Shown here: in pieces, positions 51,606 through 64,000 of the stretch
Layout: every line of letters starts with the position of its first letter
Position numbering within the stretch: the first letter of the stretch is position 1
Assembly (NCBI RefSeq): GCF_006345805.1
Contig: NC_043000.1
Coordinates: 121,892,001-121,956,000, forward strand
Length of the DNA: 64,000 bases
Origin: Octopus sinensis
Lineage: Eukaryota
Direction of reading: 5' to 3'
Program-made: the position numbers and the translations under genes
Notes under the pieces: generated by a model
The model's input: the letters and a program-made list of their open reading frames with translations, nothing else
What the model was told of the DNA's origin: nothing
The model's database searches: none

Positions 51606-53552
51606 AAGAAAGAAAATGGAACCAAGTTGTTTACATATTTCCATATATATATATTAGTGCTGGCTAAAACCTATACATATGTTCTTTAGCTTTGTAGCAC
51701 CTGAACACAAAAGTTGTTAAACTGTTGGTATGTTATTAATAAAAACGGTATAAAACAACGGAACATGAAGTGTAAAAATGACTGCATTAATTTTAATTTG
51801 TAGAAGAGAATCGATGAGAATATATGACGCTGAGCGTGTGAAGAGATATGTGGTTTCTGTTAAACAGAATGATAATATCAATTATGCTGGACAGCGAATA
51901 GAGAATCTGCGAATATATAAATATTTATGGATATAAGAAATTTATGTATAGATACTGGAAAGAAATAAAGCAATTTCGTATTAAATGGACGAAGTAATAA
52001 TAGGATAATGCGAAATTCTAAGAAATGCCAAAGAATTAAATCAAGTTACACATACATATGGCGCTCTAGTTTGATTCAGTGTAAAATGTGATTGTTTCTT
52101 GTAATTTTTGTTTTCTAACTTCTTATTTATGCAACCTGGTTTCTGGCATAGAAATGTATAAAAACAGAATTACTTAACTATTCCGCATTTGGATAAATAC
52201 TAAACGGCAATATTTCATTCACTGGGCTTTGTAATGATTTCCTCTTGTGGTATAGATTTTGAGTTTTGAAGAAACAGTTGTCAAGCAATATTTTTAATGT
52301 AAACGAAAACGAAAGTGAAAGTATAATATTCACTAAATCTATACATACATACAAACGTATGTGTGTACGTACATACATACATACAGAAACACAAAAGGCA
52401 TACGTTGAAGGATAAATACGACTTGAATCTTATATAAGAGTTACAAACTGTGTATGCGGATCTCAGGTAAGTTAATTCATTCTACATGCCCTTTGAATTT
52501 TTCCCCACACTTGCAGGTCTCTCGTGATAAAATGAAGCCTAATATTTGGTAGAGTTTAATCAGAAGGTGAAAACAGCGACCACCATCCATTAATGTTTGA
52601 ATATCTCTGAAATTGTTGGAAGGCCTAGAGAGCGTTATCATTAAACGACGATCTGGCCCTAACGCTTTCTAAAGACAGAAATCTCCTTACGGTACAAAAG
52701 GAATATGTGGTGACAGAATTGAATTTCGATAGAGTTCCGTAGGTATATTCATGGCAGAACATTTTTTTGTCTGTTTCATATGAAAATCTAGAATTTGGGT
52801 CCAGCGTAATTTTCTGTTACTGTTTCCTCATAGCCTCCTCGTGTGCCAATATTTTCCGCAACATATGTGCTATCCGTTTCAGTGTACATAAGAACTCAGC
52901 TAAAAAGCATACATTTCAGCCAGTACAGTAACGAGCTACTTGATTTCAGTTTCACCAGATCGATTTGCATCTGCTTTCTCTTTCCTCAAAATATTTACAC
53001 AGAGAGAGCATGCATTCAGATAATAAGCAACTTACACCGCAAATACTCTACTTTTCCGATCTGTGATCTTCAAAGGATCTAGCCTATTTCAGGAGCAGAA
53101 TCCTTCTAATCACTCACGCAGAAATACATTGCTGTATACTTGATGAATAGCACAATGTAAGGCTACAGATGTTATGCGTCACAATACGCCATGATAATTC
53201 ATACACAATATTGCCATCACCGTGTCACAACTCGGATATCAGAATGCTTCCTTTAGGATAGGAAATATTTCAAACCTGATAGATGTTATTTCCTACATAA
53301 TCTAACTACAACAAATAATGCTGCTATTCACATCCGTGGCATCGAGCTACTTCTATTCAGAAATAGATCCTGACAGAATGTAAATTAATATCTCTCAAAC
53401 TTTGTTGAATATTCATATATATGCCATTTCAACCATTTATTCAGAAATACGTTTTCCACTAAGTCTTTTCTACTGTAGCTACAACAATATTATCTGATTC
53501 ATACATACATGCATACATATATACACACACATACATATATATGTATATTTAT

Positions 53553-53890
53553 GTGAAGGCGCGTGGATCAGTGGTTAGAGCGTCGAGCTAATGATTGTGA
53601 AGTTGTGACTTCGAATCCGGGACCGGGCTGCGTGTTGTGTTCTTGAGCAAGACACTTTATTTCACGTTGCTCCAGTTCACTCAGCTGTAGGAATGTGTTG
53701 CGACATCACGGGTGCCAAGCTGTATCGGCCCCTTTGCCTTTCCCTTGGATAACACTGGTGGCGTGGAGAGGGGAAGCTGGTATGCATGGGCGACTGCTGG
53801 TCTTCCATAAACAACCTTGCCCGGACTTGTGCCTGGGAGAGTAACTTTCTAGGTTCAATCCCATCGTCAGTCATGAGTGAAGGGGGTCTC
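53553..53890 (+). mobile_element. SINE with family C head/core and a different 3' tail
   Basis: GGCGCGTGGATCAGTGGTTAG head and GTGTTCTTGAGCAAGACACTTTATTTCACGTTGCTCCAG core shared with 4551-4880. The downstream about 190 nt is unrelated to that copy. Confidence 0.88.
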
Positions 53891-53949
53891 AGCATTTATA
53901 TACGAAAAGTAAGCTACTGCAAAAGTAATAATAAGCAAGTGGAGAATTA

Positions 53950-54012
53950 CTACTATTGCTGCTACTTCTGCTACTACGACAGCAATTGCTGCTGCTGCCA
54001 CTACTCCTGCTG

Positions 54013-54082
<70 letters not shown>

Positions 54083-54092
54083 TACTACTATA
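53950..54092. repeat. (CTA)n/(CTG)n trinucleotide tract
   Basis: Visible directly. Comparable (AGT)n at about 44220-44292 and (TTA)n at about 58563-58672. Confidence 0.9.
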
Positions 54093-54869
54093 GAGTTTTA
54101 GGGCTAAATTAAACTGTTTGCATTAAAGGAAAAACCAACACAATATTTCACTTAAAAATATGGGTATTAGACGTATGAACTAGATTATGGCTGTGCGTTA
54201 ACAGTTTACTGTATGTAGCTAGTCTTAGCTTATACTACGGCCTTCGAAACCAGATGCACAATTTCCTCTCTGTATTACCGTTTTAAAAATATCTCAAGAA
54301 TATCTCAGAAATCCGAGTTCTACTAGTGGCTTCCACATAGCTATTCAGACAAGAAAGGTAGGCCTCCAACGCCTTAAAATCTTATCCAACCTTCATAATG
54401 TGGTGGAATGCACGCAGAGGAACAACTCCTATCAGAACATCGTTCAGTATTGAAAGGATTCGTTTGTGCAAGGCTTTCTCGCCTCCCGATATGCCTCTGA
54501 TTCTTTTCGATATCACGACAAAAAATTTTGACAAGGCTATCATTTCATCGTCTTCTAGTTATTCATGACTCTAGTGCGAATTTTTTTCTACATGCTTCAA
54601 AGAAACAACGCTAGCCGTCTCGATAATTTCACCATATACGACATCGTAGCTTGCCAGTAGACCGTCTACGCCTACGAGTATAACTGAGAACAGCTAGAAG
54701 CTGACTAGACCCTAATAAAAGTATTAAAAATCTCTGCTATCGAATTGGTAACTCTTTCTTCCGCCAGTGATCATTAAACAGTTATATATGTATATATACA
54801 TATATATATATACACGTACACAAACACACATACATACATACATATATATATATATATATTATATATATA

Positions 54870-54916
<47 letters not shown>

Positions 54917-54917
54917 A

Positions 54918-55200
54918 TAATAATAAGGGTTAGGCAAAATAATTTGCTTCACCACACACCGAACTTTAGAAATAGCAGGCCCAAAAAACTAGCTATTTCT
55001 TCTACTGTAAGAGACAACTCCCAGAAATATATGATCAAACACATATCACGTAGGCAGAGAAAGAAAACAACGAATTTAACACGGCATTAGATTAACTGCG
55101 TACGCGTTTCGAAATTATATAGATATGAAAAATGCAAAAATCGCACTTCCATTCTGATCTTTTTTCTCATCAGCACAGTATTTCCATATATTTTAAATTT
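54918..55200 (-). mobile_element. hammerhead-bearing PLE pLTR-like unit with 3' end on (TA)n
   Basis: 54918-55030 is homologous to the arm of the 48547 hairpin (AGGGTT.G..AAA..TTGCTTCACCACA.ACCGAA.TTT.GAAATAGC). The hammerhead lies immediately upstream on the minus strand. Confidence 0.65.
55095..55179 (-). ncRNA. type-I hammerhead ribozyme
   Basis: acugug-CUGAUGA-GAAA...UUUC-GAA-ACGCGU-A|cgcagu. 6-bp stem I, canonical core, extendable stem II, palindromic stem III, GUA cleavage site. Confidence 0.85.
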
Positions 55201-55471
55201 GGAAGCACTGAAAGAACCTGAACATACCTATCTGATTCCATATATATATAAAATATTAAATCTCTGAACGACGTATAAACAGTATCTGCAGGACATCGTG
55301 AAGTATATTTGCCACCTAAATGTGGCTGACCCTTAAGGTTTGATGCTACTGTAGTTTGTAGCCCCCAGGAAGACATCTCCTCCAGCTGGCTATTGACACA
55401 CTTTCTGTGCCCTCTCAGTATTTGCAAAGGGAAGTCATCTGCCCCATCTCCAGCCTCACGTGATACATATC

Positions 55472-55512
<41 letters not shown>

Positions 55513-57310
55513 ACATATATGGGTTTAACTTAATATAGATACATGTATACATATGTTTGTTAATATACATATGCTTATACGTCTGTGTATTATGTAATCT
55601 TGTGTGGAGATGATTAATGATGAAGTGACTACGAAATGGCGAATGCAGAAGTAGTTGCATTGAGAATGCATTTAAGTATAAAATACAATTGCATTAATTC
55701 TCTTTGTCTGCTTCCCTCTCTCTCTCTGTCTCTTTTGCTCTCTTCATTTCCACTGACTCTGTGTGTGTATATATATATATATATAATCTGCGTGCACGCA
55801 TTGAGCGTGTGTTTGACTCGGTGTCAGTGTGTGCTTTTGTAAAATGCGTCTCTCTTGAGTTTCTGTTTGTCTGCTCCTGTATGTAAAGAGTCTGTACGGT
55901 TTGTTTAAGCCTGCAGGAATATAATGGAGGTTTCTATTAATGCTATTTTTATGTACATTAACTGTCGATCTATATTTCAGACCTCTCACTACTGCAATTT
56001 ATCTCTCTCTGTCTTTCATTGTCTCTCTCCCTCCCTCTTTTTTCTCTCTGTCTCTTGCTGACTCTGACTAGATACTGAACATGTTCCTCCTGTCTTATTC
56101 TCTCTTTCTCATTCTCTCTTCTTTCCTTTTTCTATCATTTTGTTTCTCTTTTATCATATGATCACATGCTCTATACGTACTTATTGACCGGATATAAATA
56201 ATGATGTGTGCATGAATGCTGGGGAATTACAGAGATGTAGAAAATAAATTTCCAAAAAAAATAGAAAGGATAAACGAATCAATATGCGATGTCCTCTAAT
56301 TATGACACGTAACCATGATGAAATATTCATCACACATTCCTTTCTTTTAAAGAAAAGTAAATTATAATAACACTCTAAAGAACAAACTCTAATAAATACA
56401 GCAGCAACAATCTAAATAATGGCAACTATAATACCAAGTTTGTTCTGATGAAAGAGCTATGGAATAAAATGTTTTATATGTAGGTAATTTTGATATATAT
56501 TGATGAAACGGTACAGTATCTTTTGGGTATGCAACAAAAGTATATTTTACAAATAGTTAAAATACATTTGTTTTTGCGATTGTTTCTTACGTAAAATACT
56601 GAGGAAAGGAAATAATACATTCTATTCATCATCAACTCCGTCAATACATCAACAAACTAAATTAATAAAACAACAAAGGCTGCCAAACAATTACAACTTT
56701 TATAGTAAGAACAATTATAATATTGAACATCCATCTTGTTTAGTATTGATAACACAGAAAAACAAAGGATAATTAACCGAAATAAAGAAAACACAAATTA
56801 TAGTTAAACACAATTAAAATGGCGATCATAATTTTCCTTGTAATTTACAAAGAATTTCAAACATAAACTTTGTAATTGTTGAGCTAAGAAGTCAAGCATA
56901 TATGCTGATAATTAACATCATATTCAAACGATCTTCCGCAATGTTGCCTGCCAGTAACATCCAAGACTCGTGTTTTTTATCCATATTTCGAATAGAGTAT
57001 TCACAACGAGAATTATTTTTCGGGTATATCATTTCTAACTGTATCGGTCATAAATGTTGCAGTATGTAATTACTGACGCCTCTTAATGAAACCAATACGT
57101 TGACTCTTACTAAATTGCTTGGTTCTAGCTTCTGGGGAATATTAATATGAGGGTGAAGCAATTGTGTTGCATAATTTTTGTTTAATTAGATGAAACCACA
57201 ACAGGTGCAACAATTTTCTGAGTGATTATTTAACAGGGGCTCATTTGGTTTCATCAACTCTCACGTAAGTGCAAAGACATATATCATACTTGCATGTATA
57301 CATATACGCA

Positions 57311-57340
57311 TTATATATATATATATATTATATATATATA

Positions 57341-57375
<35 letters not shown>

Positions 57376-57380
57376 TGTGT

Positions 57381-57411
<31 letters not shown>

Positions 57412-57521
57412 CATATGTATGTATGCATGTATGTATGCATGTATAACTTGTTTACGTCGTCATCGTGAAATATAACTAATTATCGGTCGATGAAAACTAA
57501 AAAAATCAGAACCAGTAATGA

Positions 57522-57573
<52 letters not shown>

Positions 57574-57578
57574 TATAT

Positions 57579-57616
<38 letters not shown>

Positions 57617-57621
57617 TGTGT

Positions 57622-57659
<38 letters not shown>

Positions 57660-57774
57660 ATATGTATGTATGCATGTATGTATGCATGTATAACTTGTTT
57701 ACGTCGTCATCGTGAAATATAACTAATTATCGGTCGATGAAAACTAAAAAAATCAGAACCAGTAATGAATGTAT

Positions 57775-57800
<26 letters not shown>
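57311..57800. repeat. tandem duplication, period 247 bp (microsatellites plus about 110 bp of unique sequence)
   Basis: TAACTTGTTTACGTCGTCATCG...CAGTAATGAATG appears identical at 57444 and 57691. Confidence 0.92.
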
Positions 57801-57824
<24 letters not shown>

Positions 57825-58561
57825 ATATATATATCTGTGTGTGTATGTGTGTGTATGTGTATGTATGTATGTATGTATTTATATATATATATATATATAT
57901 ACATACAGAATATTCGGTATGGATTAAATACACAGTAACGCTCAAATCTATTCCCATTCATATTTATTTTTGTGCTGATTATGTTGATAAAAAGCATGAA
58001 ATGGTGATTAGTTTGGGGTAAAATAACAAAAGTGCTATGCGTTAATGATTTGAGAATAATTCAAGAAAGAAAAGAACGGTAAACACAATCACGACAACGA
58101 TTGCTGGTCCAATAGCTGCAATGAATACAGCTCTTAGAATATGAGGAACTTATATCCAAACGTTAATCAGGAAACTGAAAAAAATCCATATCATCCATAA
58201 CCAATAGTGTCAGTAAGGAATAAACCAGTGATGTCAGCAAAATACGTCATTAGGAAGCGCAAGAGAACGTAGCCTACGCTCAAATATATTTTTTCTTCTG
58301 CTTTCGAGAACGGGAAACAAATCGAGCCCAAAGAAGAAGAACAATAATTAGCGAGACCAAACACCAATATGTAGCACTCCTACAATCACGTTCGATACAA
58401 ACTAGATGGTCTGTTCCCCTGTGTGGAAAATTTCATCTGTTTTGAAAAGGTGAGACCGGAGTCTATACTCAAATGCGGAGATCCCATAATTTTTACAAAT
58501 GAAATGAAATGCACACCGCAGCGGTTCACCCGTAAAGGTTTACATGTCAACCTATACAATA

Positions 58562-58618
<57 letters not shown>

Positions 58619-58625
58619 CATTATC

Positions 58626-58673
<48 letters not shown>

Positions 58674-59923
58674 CTCACCAGAGATTGGAAAAGAAAGATT
58701 CCTAGCATCAGACTATAACATGTAACCTTAGATGCCAACAACGCTCCTAAGTATCGTAGCTATCCCTAATAACAGTGTTTTCTGGGGCTATTTGAATAAA
58801 AGTGCGATATTTCCTCAAACGGCATACTATGTTATGTTACAAAATGTATTATTTCTTTTCCTGATGCAAAATATATCGGGTATATCTAGGTCTGCCCAAT
58901 CACTTCCTGCTTTTAGAGAAAACATCTGAGTATAACTAATGTGAACCTTGAGCTATGTTAGAAATTAGCATTGCAAAATTCGTCCGCAAACATGCAATAA
59001 ATACTAACTTGAAAACCACGTACAATTATTACAAGAATCTCAATGATTTTGTTTTGATTTTTTGTATTAATGCACATAAAAGATATATAGTGACTATGAT
59101 TTTTAAAAATTAAGAAATGACATTGATTTAATTATTGAATTAAAAAATATTATGCAAGTTAAGCGAAATGCTATCCATTTTAATAGTGACAGAAATAATA
59201 TTCGCTTTGTCCAGATCGATAAACATCCAACAGAGATAGACTTTAGCACATCCAAAGAATACGAAAGAGAGAATCAATCATTCAAACAAAGTATATCACA
59301 AAAATTAGAATCAAATATAACTTGAAATTCAAGAATAACACATTTTATAATGCGCAAAATGATTTAACGGCTTCTAAAATTCATTGTGTCGATTGTATTT
59401 TCTGGACCGTACCTAAGCAACTAATTGCAAATACAATTTACACATTGAGTCATCCTATAAATAATACGTTTTTTTTAATACTTCTATTATTTTTCAAAAT
59501 TAAGATAAAGAACGTAAAATGAAGTGTTTTGTTCAAGAATACAACCCATCACCTGCTCTGGGAATGGAAATCGCAATCTTGAGATCATGAGTCCAACATC
59601 TTCCAAGTTGATATTGAGATCATACACATATGACATTTGAGCCACGGCAAACTAGGACCCATTTTTTAAAACTATATGTAGGTTACATTTGCCAGCAATA
59701 TTTAACAGTATTATTATGTGGATGGTCTAGCTTCTGCTTCTTACCATAGTTGTTCTTAGTGAGTCAGAAAACAGAAGAATCAGAGTTCCAGACAAAATGT
59801 TCTGAAGCGATTGAGTATGAATTTTATATTCAGAGAAGAAATTCTACTGTAGCAGCGGACTTTTAGCATCTAAGGAAGGTAAACGTAAATATAGCAACAT
59901 ATAGTGATCGTACACCAAAATAA

Positions 59924-60134
59924 TAATATGTTCCTTCTCGAGCCATGCCTGGCTCATAAGGGCCGGTTTCCCAGTTTCCTTGGCGTATAGGTTTCCCACA
60001 TGGACGGGACGCCGGTCCGTTGCAGGTGAGCTGCAAGATGCAGGAGGAAAGAGTGAGAGAAAGTTGTGGCGAAAGTGTCAGCAGAAGTTCGCCATTACCT
60101 TCTGCCGGAGCCGCGTGGAGCTTAGGTGTTTCGC
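59924..60134 (-). mobile_element. 5'-truncated SINE family D with 12-bp TSD
   Basis: Homologous to 6010-6200. TSD ACACCAAAATAA at 59912-59923 and 60135-60146. Confidence 0.88.
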
Positions 60135-61551
60135 ACACCAAAATAACAGGAAATATGAAAGCAGTGTATCTGTCATTTACAGTGGTCAAATGCCTTGCTT
60201 CTGAACAGTTTTGATGTCGGTACCTTACTGAGAATGTGAAATATTTATTTTATAGACATTTTTTAATTTCAAGCTTTATTTTAATATAGCATTCTTTGGT
60301 AAAGCTACTTTCGTTTAAAGATTTTAGATTGAATTTAGCTTCCCATTATATTTGTTCTCTCTATATTAATGTTAGAAATATTCCCTGACATCACCCTTCT
60401 CATTACATTTGCTTATTCTTTTTCGTTAAAGACATCTCTCTTTGCCATCTTAAAAAAAAAATGTGAGTAATGGAGACTCACCATTGGAATGCTTTTGATC
60501 ATAAATTCCAAGTCCTGGGGCTAAAAGGCACCAACATTACATTAATTTTCTTGATGAATTTTTCGTATTTTATATCAGTGGTGGTTGAGTTAATTTACCT
60601 TCGTTGAGATATATTCTACTAACAGAAGAACTGTGTAATGTTGAAAGAAACACACAAGCGGTGAGTGAATATTTCAAAAGATATTCAAACATTGATGTTC
60701 CTTATCGTTAAGATAATGCCAGTATCTTTGAAAGCTGCAGTTGATTTACTATTAGCAGATAAATATTATACTTCGCACCAAAGTCTTAAAACACTGTCAT
60801 AATACAGGAAACGGTTTGTAACATATTAAAGATAATCCATTATTAAAATTAGACTTTGATCAATAATTTCTCCTTGTGCTGCTAGATTCAAATAGCAACG
60901 TGAAATATGGAGACGGCAATTTATGTTATTGAGATTCGTTTGATAATATGAGAAAACCGCAATAAACATTAACATTTACTAAACGTTCTGAATGGAAACG
61001 CGTAGGCACCCAACTGTATAGATCAATAAGGTATGGCATGTACATAAATACAACACCATTGAGAGCGCGCCCTGAAGGCTAAAGTACACTTTCATTCTGC
61101 ACCTCCTTTTTAATTTTACATTATGAAGTGTAAAGGAAAATTTAAAGCTCTCTCATTTTAGTTGTCATGGTGATTAGTTGTCATGATTGATGTTACTAAA
61201 CATTTCTCATTTCGGAAACGGGGAAGCTAGTCTTTAAAATGAAAGCACATAATACGGTAATTAATCAAACAATTAATTCCTTATTATAATCAGAGAACAA
61301 AAATAATGTTCTGACAATCACGCGCGTGTCCCTGGTTACAGCATGTTTCAGTGTATCTCTCTGTATGAATGAATGTATGAGTGTATGTGTACGTGTGTGT
61401 ACGCATGTGTTTCTCTATGAGTTCTTTCATCGTGCGCGCATTATTAATTATAATAAAACATTTCCGCTATCATATTATATAAACTACGCTGACAAAAGCC
61501 TAATAGGATTCTTGCTGCATGTCCCCTTAATTATTATATTATATTTAAAAC

Positions 61552-61625
<74 letters not shown>

Positions 61626-62074
61626 GCTGAAAGGTAGTAAAATTGTCTGCTCATGAAATTGAAGAAACGTAGTGGAACACGGTTATTATTTCTAATTGAA
61701 GCGTGCAGCACTGTTCAGTGCAGCGTACGATCTATTCTTCCATTATGTTATTCTATGCTTTATGTTATGTCGAACGCGTGTTATGTTCAATGTTCTTTCC
61801 CTCCGCAAGCTCGTCTTTGAACATAGCAGTAAACTAGAGTTGAGGAATATTTACAAACAATGAATGGTGTATATGTGAGTAAGGTAAACGAATGCAAATT
61901 GTGGAAGGAAACGGATTGCTCATAGTGTCATAGCAACTCGTGAGTCATCAAGATTCAGTAACCTGTCAGGAACTCCTAATTCTCCCTGGTCCTGCGGCGT
62001 TTAATGCCTTACGTGTTACTGGTTTAGGAAGACAATATCTTCTCAACATATGTCCTGGAAACTGAATATATTTT

Positions 62075-62290
62075 ATTCTTTATTGCCCACAAGGGGCTAA
62101 ACATAGAGGGGATAAACAAGGGCAGACAAAAGAATTGAGTCGATTACAACCGGTACTTATTTTTATTGACCCCGAAAGGATGAAAGGCAAAGTCGACCTC
62201 GGTGGATTTTGAGCTCGGAACGTAACAGCAGAGGAAATACCGCTAATCATCTCGCCCGGCGTCCTAAAGTTTCTGCTAGCTCGCCACCTT
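62075..62290 (-). mobile_element. SINE family B
   Basis: Aligns with the other B copies, with a small internal deletion. Confidence 0.9.
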
Positions 62291-63888
62291 GTCTGCTTTG
62301 AATATATTGATTAGAAAATTCACTCAGATGCAAATTCCATAGATGCAAAATCCCAAACATTTCATTGTATCACTTACGATAAAAAGTCAAAATGAATGTA
62401 TTTTGAGTTCTTCATTGGTCAGTTCAAGGCAAATATTTTCAATTGATAGAACACCAACAAATAATTTTATTCTTGATGAAACGGGTTGTATCGTGGCATT
62501 AGATAGTCAACTACGCTTGGAATTTGCCAATTAAGTGATATCAGGTGAGAACATGCGTTTACTAACGCTTCTGATTACGGTGAAGCAACGATTGTATAAA
62601 TATTAGATTACAATGGTCGATAAACATCGAGGTCAGATGAAAATTCTTCCTGTAGTAAGTATGTGGCTATATTTAGAACATTTGTTTAGGAAGTGGTTCG
62701 CGGAGGGAGCAATTTCTCTATGGACAATCACGAGGTTTGTTCACACAGTAGCTGCGGCGTACGGGCTAAAGTGCGATATGCTACATTTCGCGCAGTATTA
62801 GCGGTCAACGTATAGCAATTTATAACTTGAGGTTCATTAAGGGGACATCTGCGAGAATACAACAATATCAGACGCGCTTTCTGCTGATGGACATTGCAGT
62901 GGTTCGCAATCGAATAATGAGCAATTATGAATGCCCTGTGAGCAAGGGTGGATCATCTCAAAATTGTCCCACGTGACAATGCAATATTTATTATCTTGAT
63001 GTGCAGAGAGCAGGGTATTACAGTTTCTCTTGGTCCTACACGAAAATAATTGCATGATTTCACATTTTCTTTAATGATTTTTTTTAACTGTTTGGTCCAT
63101 ATGGTTTTCAACATCACATTGAGTTGTGCGCGAGTAGCTTTTTAGATAATGTATGAGAGTAGACATGCGGTAGTTGGTAGGGTTTCGGCAGTTAGCTGTT
63201 GCATTGATACACTTCTATTGTTTTACCGTTCTATACTGGAAGCCATTTTTTGCAGCACGAACCTCACAATATCCAACTCTTAAACGTTTAGATGATGACT
63301 GGACTGTAGTGCACATGTGTATTTAGGAAGTACAGTTTAAGTAGGGACAAGAAGCTTCTAATTATATCTGTGGACTAAGATCATATAGATTAGGGAAACA
63401 AATTAACTCTCCCTTCCTAATCCTGTTTAAGTTAGAGTGATTCTCCATCCATGTATTCTAACTCATCTTTAAATTTAGTGCCATAATATAAAAGCGTGCT
63501 AACTTGCTAGCATTTAACTCTGCCGATGAATTACTTTGCGTGAAGTAATTATATTTATAGCAAGTACAATCTAGAATTTAATTTTACGCGCACTCGCATA
63601 AGTTTAGAGAATTTATATATAGTTCTCTACAAGGAATGACCAAGTTAAAAATCTACTGGATCTCACTCATAAAGGAATCTTACATTGCTTATAAACTCTA
63701 TATTTGGAAGGACTAATTTTAAACTCTGTTGGACTTTTGGACTTTACTCATAGGATATTGGAATACTGCATGTATACCATTATGCCTATAAAACGGATTT
63801 ATGAACTCAATACCCATACATATCTTAAATCTACTTTCTTTCTATTTTGTATCACAACTAAACTATGACTTAAACATCCTCACACACC

Positions 63889-63940
63889 GTCTCCGACGAT
63901 GGGATACTACTAATTAATATCCTAGAAACAGCTGTAAGAC
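63889..63940 (+). ncRNA. minimal type-I hammerhead fold with U4C core change
   Basis: gucu-CCGACGA-UGGGAUA(11 nt)UAUCCUA-GAA-ACAGCUGU-A|agac. All three stems form; stem III is a palindrome. Confidence 0.75.
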
Positions 63941-64000
63941 ATTCTATCTATAAATGCTCTAATAGCTATACAGCCTTGCTTTTATCTTATTACGCAAAAA

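Noticed and set aside
57900-58330. Minus-strand hydrophobic stretch with an ERY-like motif suggesting a GPCR pseudogene
   Set aside because: There are multiple stops and the motif is in a different frame from the hydrophobic segment. A T-rich strand yields hydrophobic translations by default.

Overview
AT-rich eukaryotic non-coding DNA, very likely from Octopus or another coleoid cephalopod. That assignment is inferred from the SINE families and the dense (TA)n/(CA)n/(AGAT)n microsatellites and was not database-checked. I recognise no intact host protein-coding gene, and almost all listed ORFs are microsatellite or low-complexity artefacts. The window is a transposon graveyard: about 20 tRNA-derived SINE copies from four families, a CR1/L2-type LINE RT remnant, a decayed Ty3/Gypsy element with its 3' LTR, mariner, maT and Tigger remnants, piggyBac-like and Merlin-like MITEs, and a Penelope-like element (PLE) with RT plus GIY-YIG endonuclease. 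The most notable layer is four apparently complete minimal type-I hammerhead ribozyme folds (19305-19352 +, 46194-46254 -, 55095-55179 -, 63889-63940 +) plus decayed ones. Alongside them are five short fold-back elements (60-135 bp arms plus a one-sided tail), each abutting (TA)n, and sequence links tie some of these to the ribozyme-bearing units. Together they suggest a (TA)n-targeting, PLE-mobilised family of non-autonomous ribozyme/hairpin elements. All alignments and folds were done by eye; coordinates of decayed element ends are approximate.
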